Under the pieces are notes generated by a model, which saw nothing but the letters and a program-made list of their open reading frames with translations, searched no databases and was not told the origin of the DNA. Both the position numbers and the translations under genes were made by a program. From the NCBI GenBank assembly GCA_043743715.1, contig JAYTWK010000039.1, forward strand, positions 1 through 61,428: DNA of 61,428 nucleotides, in the 5' to 3' direction. This DNA comes from a bacterium. GTDB lineage: Bacteria; Patescibacteriota; Minisyncoccia; Phycocordibacterales; UBA6899. Shown here in pieces: positions 56,746 to 61,428 of this stretch. Position 1 is the stretch's first letter. Each line of letters starts with the position of its first letter.

Positions 56746-58335
56746 GTGCCCACCACAGCAAATAAAACAAAGACAAATAAACTCACGGTCTATCTCATCA
56801 AGCCCGAGTTTTCAGCGCTTGAAGATATTGTTGATCCTACAACCCGCATACAAGATATTGACGGTGTGGGAACGTTTCTCTTTGAAAATTCACACACGAA
56901 CATACCTAATTGGGTAAAAGGTTTTTTTGGTTCAACATTGTCCGAAGATCTTCAAATATTTACAGCAAGTGCCCGAGGAATGCTGATCGTGCCAATCTCT
57001 CTGAATAATACGATAATTACTTTTGCCGTATCGTTCGGAGTCGGACGTTTTTTACTGAAAGAAGGCGTTGCTGAAGAGCGCTTTGGGCTCAAGGTTGTAT
57101 TGAATTCAACGGGCGAAGATGGTTTTCGTAGTATCGACAAAACTACTCTTGGCTCTGTCCCCAAACATAGTCGTGAGCAAATGAGCAGAGATGTCGCACC
57201 TTCCGACTTCGGGATAGACATTGAGCAAGACCTTGTGGGACTTGTAACTGCAAGATCAAATGATCAAGATTTCGGAAAAATTATCACAGGAAGAGATGCA
57301 CTCAACCTTTCTGTAAAAGTCGATGTATCCAATATTGTTGATTTTCTTAAGCATTGCTATGAACGGTACTTAAGCGACGACTATAAAGTAAACTTCAGTT
57401 GGATTGATCAAATTTCAGAAGTTCGAAACAAGCTAAAAGAGGAGGAACTTTTTTCTGCGGTCGTTGGCCGTATTAACAATAATCAGCTTGATAAGATTTG
57501 GATGGCTGTCCCTGAGGTAATAAATTGGGCTGATATTCGCGGCTTCCGATATTTGAGAGCAAAGCAAGCAGACCTAGAGGATGATCTTGGCATCGAGAGA
57601 TTCTTGGAGTCTCTCGATGGCAGACAACTCACAATAGATGAACTCAAAGATGCGCCAATCTATGTTATTTCAGCTCAGAATGATGACACCATTATGCGCT
57701 GGTCAGCTTTTCGTTGTGTCTATGCTGAAATTGAACTTGAAGGAAAAACGTATATTCTCAACAATGGAAGGTGGTACGAAATTGCGAGTGATTTTACTCA
57801 AGAAGTGCAAAGAGATTTTGCGAGTGTACCAGATTCAACCATTGCGTTGCCTGATTATATCTCCGGAGACGAATTAGAATATAACACAACCGCATCTGGG
57901 ACCCTCGCGGGAGCGTGTTGTATGGATCAGAAGTTAATTAACCATGGAGGAGGTCATAATAAAATTGAATTTTGTGATATATTCACTAATGATAAGAAAA
58001 TAATTCACGTAAAGAAATATGGCGGATCAAGTATTTTGAGCCATCTCTTTGCGCAAGGAATGGTTTCGGGTGAACTGTTCATTGGTGATGAAGAATTTCG
58101 TCGCAAGCTAAATGTTCATTTACCTAGAACTCATAAACTTTCAAATATTCGGACTCGGCCCAATCCTTCCGAGTACGAAGTCGTCTACGCAATCATCAGC
58201 AAATCAACTGACCCGCTCGACATACCATTTTTCAGTAAGGTAAGTTTGAGAAATTCTGCAAAACGACTCAAGACACTGGGGTATAACGTTTCAAAGAAGA
58301 AAATAGTCAAAACTGCCACTACAATGCACCTCTAG
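56746..58335 (+). CDS. TIGR04141/DUF6119-like protein of unknown function, possible nuclease
   Basis: 529 aa with a GTG start. The N-terminus KLTVYLIKPEF and the size match my recollection of the family. The C-terminal MDQK...IEFCDIF...IIHVKK looks like a variant PD-(D/E)xK core. Confidence 0.55.
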   Translation: MPTTANKTKTNKLTVYLIKPEFSALEDIVDPTTRIQDIDGVGTFLFENSHTNIPNWVKGFFGSTLSEDLQIFTASARGMLIVPISLNNTIITFAVSFGVGRFLLKEGVAEERFGLKVVLNSTGEDGFRSIDKTTLGSVPKHSREQMSRDVAPSDFGIDIEQDLVGLVTARSNDQDFGKIITGRDALNLSVKVDVSNIVDFLKHCYERYLSDDYKVNFSWIDQISEVRNKLKEEELFSAVVGRINNNQLDKIWMAVPEVINWADIRGFRYLRAKQADLEDDLGIERFLESLDGRQLTIDELKDAPIYVISAQNDDTIMRWSAFRCVYAEIELEGKTYILNNGRWYEIASDFTQEVQRDFASVPDSTIALPDYISGDELEYNTTASGTLAGACCMDQKLINHGGGHNKIEFCDIFTNDKKIIHVKKYGGSSILSHLFAQGMVSGELFIGDEEFRRKLNVHLPRTHKLSNIRTRPNPSEYEVVYAIISKSTDPLDIPFFSKVSLRNSAKRLKTLGYNVSKKKIVKTATTMHL

Positions 58336-58434
58336 GCTCTCCAGTAGCTCAAGGAGCACCACTTCACTTCGCATCTGTGTCCTATACGACCCCCTCTTTT
58401 ACGTATGTAAGCCATATTTTGATACAATATAGCC

Positions 58435-59118
58435 ATGGACAATCCTAAACCTTCTGAACTCGAAATTGAGCCTACCGGCGAGGCTAATACTAGCGCTCCA
58501 GTCACTCTCCCGATAAATGACGCAGTTGAGCCACCCCAGACAGAGCCAACACAAGCACCCACAGAGCATGTCCCGACACCCGAAACGCCTCAAACTGAGC
58601 CATTATCTGAGCCGTTACAAACCTCGCCCGAAACCCCAACGCCTCATTTGCCGGCAGATGAGGCGTTCCCGGAATCTGCACCTGAACCCACAGCCGAGGC
58701 GCCCAAGCTGGAAACTCCAGCGCCATCATCAGCCCCAACCCAAAACACAAACACGCCTGAGGAGTCACCTCGAACCCCACCACCAACACAACAAGGCACA
58801 GCACAACCCGAACCACCGCCCACTCCTGCATCAGCTCCCGCATCCCTGCCCGCACAAGCGCCCACGGAAACTCCCCAAAATATTCTCATGCTTCTGCTCA
58901 CCAAAGCACGGCTTGTCACCCAACTCCGCAAACACAAAAAACTCATAAAAATTATGGGGCTGTTTGCAAAGAAATCACATATCACTAATGACGATGTCGA
59001 GAAACTCTTGCACGTCTCCGACGCAACCGCACTCCGCTATCTCACCCAACTCAAAAAGGAGAACAAGATCGTACAAAATGGAAAGACTGGGCAAGGTGTC
59101 ACGTACTCCAAACGCTAA
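58435..59118 (+). CDS. Pro/Thr/Glu-rich protein with a C-terminal winged-helix DNA-binding domain
   Basis: About 150 aa of low complexity, then IMGLFAKKSHITNDDVEKLLHVSDATALRYLTQLKKENKIVQNGKTGQGVTY. An alternative short form could start near MLLL. Confidence 0.5.
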   Translation: MDNPKPSELEIEPTGEANTSAPVTLPINDAVEPPQTEPTQAPTEHVPTPETPQTEPLSEPLQTSPETPTPHLPADEAFPESAPEPTAEAPKLETPAPSSAPTQNTNTPEESPRTPPPTQQGTAQPEPPPTPASAPASLPAQAPTETPQNILMLLLTKARLVTQLRKHKKLIKIMGLFAKKSHITNDDVEKLLHVSDATALRYLTQLKKENKIVQNGKTGQGVTYSKR

Positions 59119-59848
59119 CGTACACTGAGTCTTCCGACCACGTCGGGTCAGCTCTCGCACCAACTATCAGCCGTACCCCACACTTGGATTCCTCCGGCCT
59201 CGGGCATTTCCGCTAGGGCGATCCCTTTCTCACCGGGTGAGCGCCGCCCCGAACGAAGGCACCAAACTCTGATAGCGAAAGCGACACAACATACTCGGTA
59301 ATGAAAACAGGGTTGGGGGGTTGTGCGAGTGGCTGCTTCTGAAGGTCCTCGAACGAAGCCAACGACTCAAACGCTAACAGAGCTCTGAGAGACCCTAACC
59401 GCAAACTACCACTACGAAGAAGGGCCCGACGCTGGGGGGAAGGGTCGGCCCTCCCCCCAACTAGAGGCGGAGTGTGCCTCGCCGGTTCGAAGCCTCCATG
59501 GTCTAACGCCTCATCTACCGGCAAATGAGGCGTTCAGCTCAAACCAACGGCTCATATAGGCGAGGCGACCGCCCGCACACTGGCATCTAGGCGCGAGTAG
59601 CCCTAGCGGAAATGCCTGAGGCCGGATGGCCGAGGGTGCACCAAGTCCAACAACCTCTCACTCCAATCGCCGCACCGAGGTCGGAGGGCGATCACGGGAG
59701 TCGAATCGGAGAGAGGAATGGGAGGCGGCGCACAAACGTATGGAGGAAGCACCCCCGACTGACACACCCGAGAGGAGTGGGCTCTGCCACTCCGGCAAGG
59801 GTGTGACAGAGCCCCTTCGGCAATCTCCTTCCATATTCGCAGTTTTCT
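59119..59848. other. GC-rich non-coding module with nested long-range helices
   Basis: No credible ORF. A sampled 60-nt line (59401-59460) has 40 G+C, versus 23 for a line in the RM gene. Confidence 0.6.
59193..59626 (+). repeat. 27-bp inverted repeat pair enclosing 380 nt (long-range RNA helix or MITE-like TIRs)
   Basis: 59193-59219 pairs with 59600-59626 at 26 Watson-Crick positions plus one G-T, which is a G-U wobble only on the plus strand. Confidence 0.75.
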
Positions 59849-60019
59849 TATGGCGGGGTGGAAAAAATCGGGAGCCGGAGATGCCGAGGGGCGACGAGCG
59901 AAGCGAGCGGGGGTGCCTGAGTCTTCATTGTCCATTCCTCTCGAAAAAGGTTCGTGCGAACGCGATCACAACACCACAAAATTAATAAGTCCGCATGCTG
60001 CGGGCTTATTAATTTTGTG
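59849..60019. repeat. right ~170-bp terminal inverted repeat with terminal 20-bp-stem hairpin
   Basis: Mirror copy of 53294-53461. Hairpin 59975-60019 is CACAAAATTAATAAGTCCGC-ATGCT-GCGGGCTTATTAATTTTGTG. Confidence 0.8.
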
Positions 60020-60133
60020 AATCGTAAGCAAAACAACTGCTTGTTTTGCGTCAGGACGAGAAGAGGTTTTCCCATATTTCTAAGGATTTTTAATCCGAAG
60101 AAATGGGAAACCTACACTGTTGCTTTAGGCAAA

Positions 60134-60152
60134 GAGTCCTGTACGGTCCACA
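60134..60152 (+). repeat. attR-like direct repeat (copy of the tRNA-Ala 3' end)
   Basis: GAGTCCTGTACGGTCCACA, 19/19 identical to 53279-53297. Confidence 0.85.
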
Positions 60153-60265
60153 GCAACTAAAACGCCTTTAGAAATTGGAAGTACTCAAAGTGGTGCAGCT
60201 GAAACCGCGAGCTGGGGTCGCGAACACTTACATTTTCTGGCCTGCAAGCAAGATCTGTAAATTTC

Positions 60266-60300
60266 AATAAATAAAATGCCCCATGCAATCAGCATGGGGC
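60266..60300 (-). terminator. intrinsic terminator of the minus-strand SLT gene
   Basis: GCCCCATGC-AATCA-GCATGGGGC, followed on the minus strand by ATTTTATTTATT. Confidence 0.65.
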
Positions 60301-60357
60301 GGTTCGATTCGAGGAGCTTGTCCTCATGTTAGTTTCCGGGTTTTGAGACATGAGAAA

Positions 60358-61278
60358 TTACTTGAGTGCCAGAGCTTCCGAGTAAACATGACCATGAGCT
60401 TCGAGTACGTTGTAGTTGCGTAGTACTCTCCGCACATAACCGTCACTGCGAGGATCGAAACTCTCGCGGTACAAGAACTTCCGATTGCCTTCACGTCCAT
60501 GGTACGGGCCGATGTGGTAGCCGATGAGCGTGCGCTCGATCGCATGCGGTAGGCCGATAAAAAGCGCGGCATAGGTCGTGAGTGCGCCATAACCAGCTCG
60601 ATAGTTGTGTACAGGATTAAACGCATTTCCTCCACCGAACCTCGCCATCGTGTCAGGTGTCAGCTGCATTAAGCCTTCGCTCTTTGCCTTGGATTTGTCA
60701 CTAGGAATACATACCGCGTGCGGATTGCCCCTGGACTCTTCGAGTGTAATAGCGATCAGTAGATGCTTCACTTGAGAAAGGTTGAGTCCAGCTGTGATCA
60801 GGACGGCGGTCTTACCACTCGCTACTTGTGCGTCAATATGCTTGCCAAATTTCTGGACGATACAGTCAGCACGAACCACAATACGCTTCACTTCATCGTA
60901 GATGCGGCTCCCGAGGTAGTCGCAGCTCGTTTTTGAAAAGGTGGCAACTGTGCTGACATTAGACACAACAGTTCGGACGGGAACAAGCAACTTATCCCTA
61001 GAAGCCACAACACGATGAGTCTTATTCACTTTCCTAGAAGCTTTCAGCTTCGTCGAGTCTTTCTTCCTGACTGTATACTCGGGTAATGCTGATCCCGCGG
61101 GTATCACGACGTTATGAGTCTTGATAACAGCAGTGGAAGACGTACTGAACAGAAGCACCAGGGCAATCGCAATGGTCATCGCTATCGCGATTGCAAGCAG
61201 GTGGAAGTTTGTGGGTAGGGCGGGGGAGGAATGTGTGTGCTGCCGGCTCCGCACGAGAAAGGGTGTTCTCTTAGTCAT
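60358..61278 (-). CDS. membrane-anchored lytic transglycosylase (SLT domain) protein
   Basis: ATG 61278 preceded by AGGAGA. TM helix, then LEESRGN...SEGLMQLTPDT...GYHIGP. Confidence 0.75.
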   Translation of the reverse strand: MTKRTPFLVRSRQHTHSSPALPTNFHLLAIAIAMTIAIALVLLFSTSSTAVIKTHNVVIPAGSALPEYTVRKKDSTKLKASRKVNKTHRVVASRDKLLVPVRTVVSNVSTVATFSKTSCDYLGSRIYDEVKRIVVRADCIVQKFGKHIDAQVASGKTAVLITAGLNLSQVKHLLIAITLEESRGNPHAVCIPSDKSKAKSEGLMQLTPDTMARFGGGNAFNPVHNYRAGYGALTTYAALFIGLPHAIERTLIGYHIGPYHGREGNRKFLYRESFDPRSDGYVRRVLRNYNVLEAHGHVYSEALALK

Positions 61279-61428
61279 CAAGTTCTCCTGAGTTACGAGT
61301 TTCAAGGATACTGAAGTTGTTTCACAACAACCTAAATTCCGTAATCTATTAGGACACTCTGTACAATGAATCTTATGAGTTCATCACCAAGATTAACCAA
61401 TACAGAGAGAGACGAGATAGAAATATTA

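Larger units (their letters stand above)
53298..60152. mobile_element. tRNA-Ala-integrated genomic island (defence-type cargo, no recognisable recombinase)
   Basis: tRNA-derived 19-bp direct repeats, internal TIRs, accessory cargo and a compositional mosaic. Confidence 0.7.

Noticed and set aside
59422-59458. Apparent H-type pseudoknot (GGGCC-GAC/GTCGGCCC interleaved with GGGGGG/CCCCCC)
   Set aside because: The connecting loops are 1-4 nt, too short to span 6-8-bp helices on the plus strand. The two stems are more likely mutually exclusive alternatives.
59213-59985. Track ORFs 59213..59524(-), 59603..59935(-), 59612..59806(+) and 59626..59985(+) in the GC-rich module
   Set aside because: They mutually overlap in several frames and are Arg/Pro/Gly-rich with non-ATG or contextless starts. 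Long spurious ORFs are expected in GC-rich non-coding DNA.
59849-60022. 56-aa ORF (MAGWKKSGAGDAEGRRAKRAG...) in the right TIR, mirrored in the left TIR
   Set aside because: Differences between the two copies are mostly non-synonymous, and the left copy lacks the stop. Conservation is better explained at the DNA or hairpin level than as a peptide.
1-61428. Scan for CRISPR arrays, rRNA genes, integrase/transposase/reverse transcriptase and cas-like ORFs
   Set aside because: I saw no regularly spaced direct repeats and no rRNA signature sequences. None of the long ORFs carries R..H..R..Y, DDE, YxDD or RuvC-like motif sets that I could recognise by eye. Profile searches are still needed.

Overview
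This 61.4-kb window is a mostly plus-strand, gene-dense bacterial chromosome segment. Gene content and style suggest a streamlined Patescibacteria/CPR-like genome (inference only): many small membrane proteins, few Shine-Dalgarno sites, a GH57/GH15 glycogen module and a short UvrC. Housekeeping genes include dus, dnaX, a heterodimeric ABC exporter, an ECF sigma/anti-sigma pair, a GT2 synthase, lytic transglycosylases and ccdA. There is also a copper-homeostasis cluster around copA and a glycogen/glycolysis block (GT4, GH57, GH15, pgi, ROK kinase). The remaining core genes are folA-thyA, tgt, ddl, and uvrB/uvrA/uvrC interleaved with a FIST-histidine kinase-dual receiver module. Two tRNAs are present, Gln-UUG and Ala-UGC. 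No rRNA or CRISPR array was seen. The standout region is a ~6.9-kb island inserted in the 3' end of tRNA-Ala (53279-60152). It is bounded by a perfect 19-bp tRNA-derived direct repeat and also carries ~170-bp terminal inverted repeats, yet no integrase or transposase is visible. Its cargo is an XRE/C-protein with a 26-bp perfect palindromic operator and a BcgI-like nuclease-methyltransferase fusion with a duplicated-TRD specificity subunit. It also carries a 529-aa protein resembling the uncharacterised TIGR04141/DUF6119 family, a Pro-rich wHTH protein, and ~0.7 kb of GC-rich non-coding DNA with nested long-range helices. Other observations are two unannotated small membrane-protein paralogs and a decayed Y1-transposase remnant near tRNA-Gln. 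There is also a frameshifted repeat protein, a candidate structured RNA between convergent genes, long-range inverted repeats bracketing operon spacers, and repeated -10 elements 6-9 nt upstream of start codons, which suggests leaderless mRNAs.
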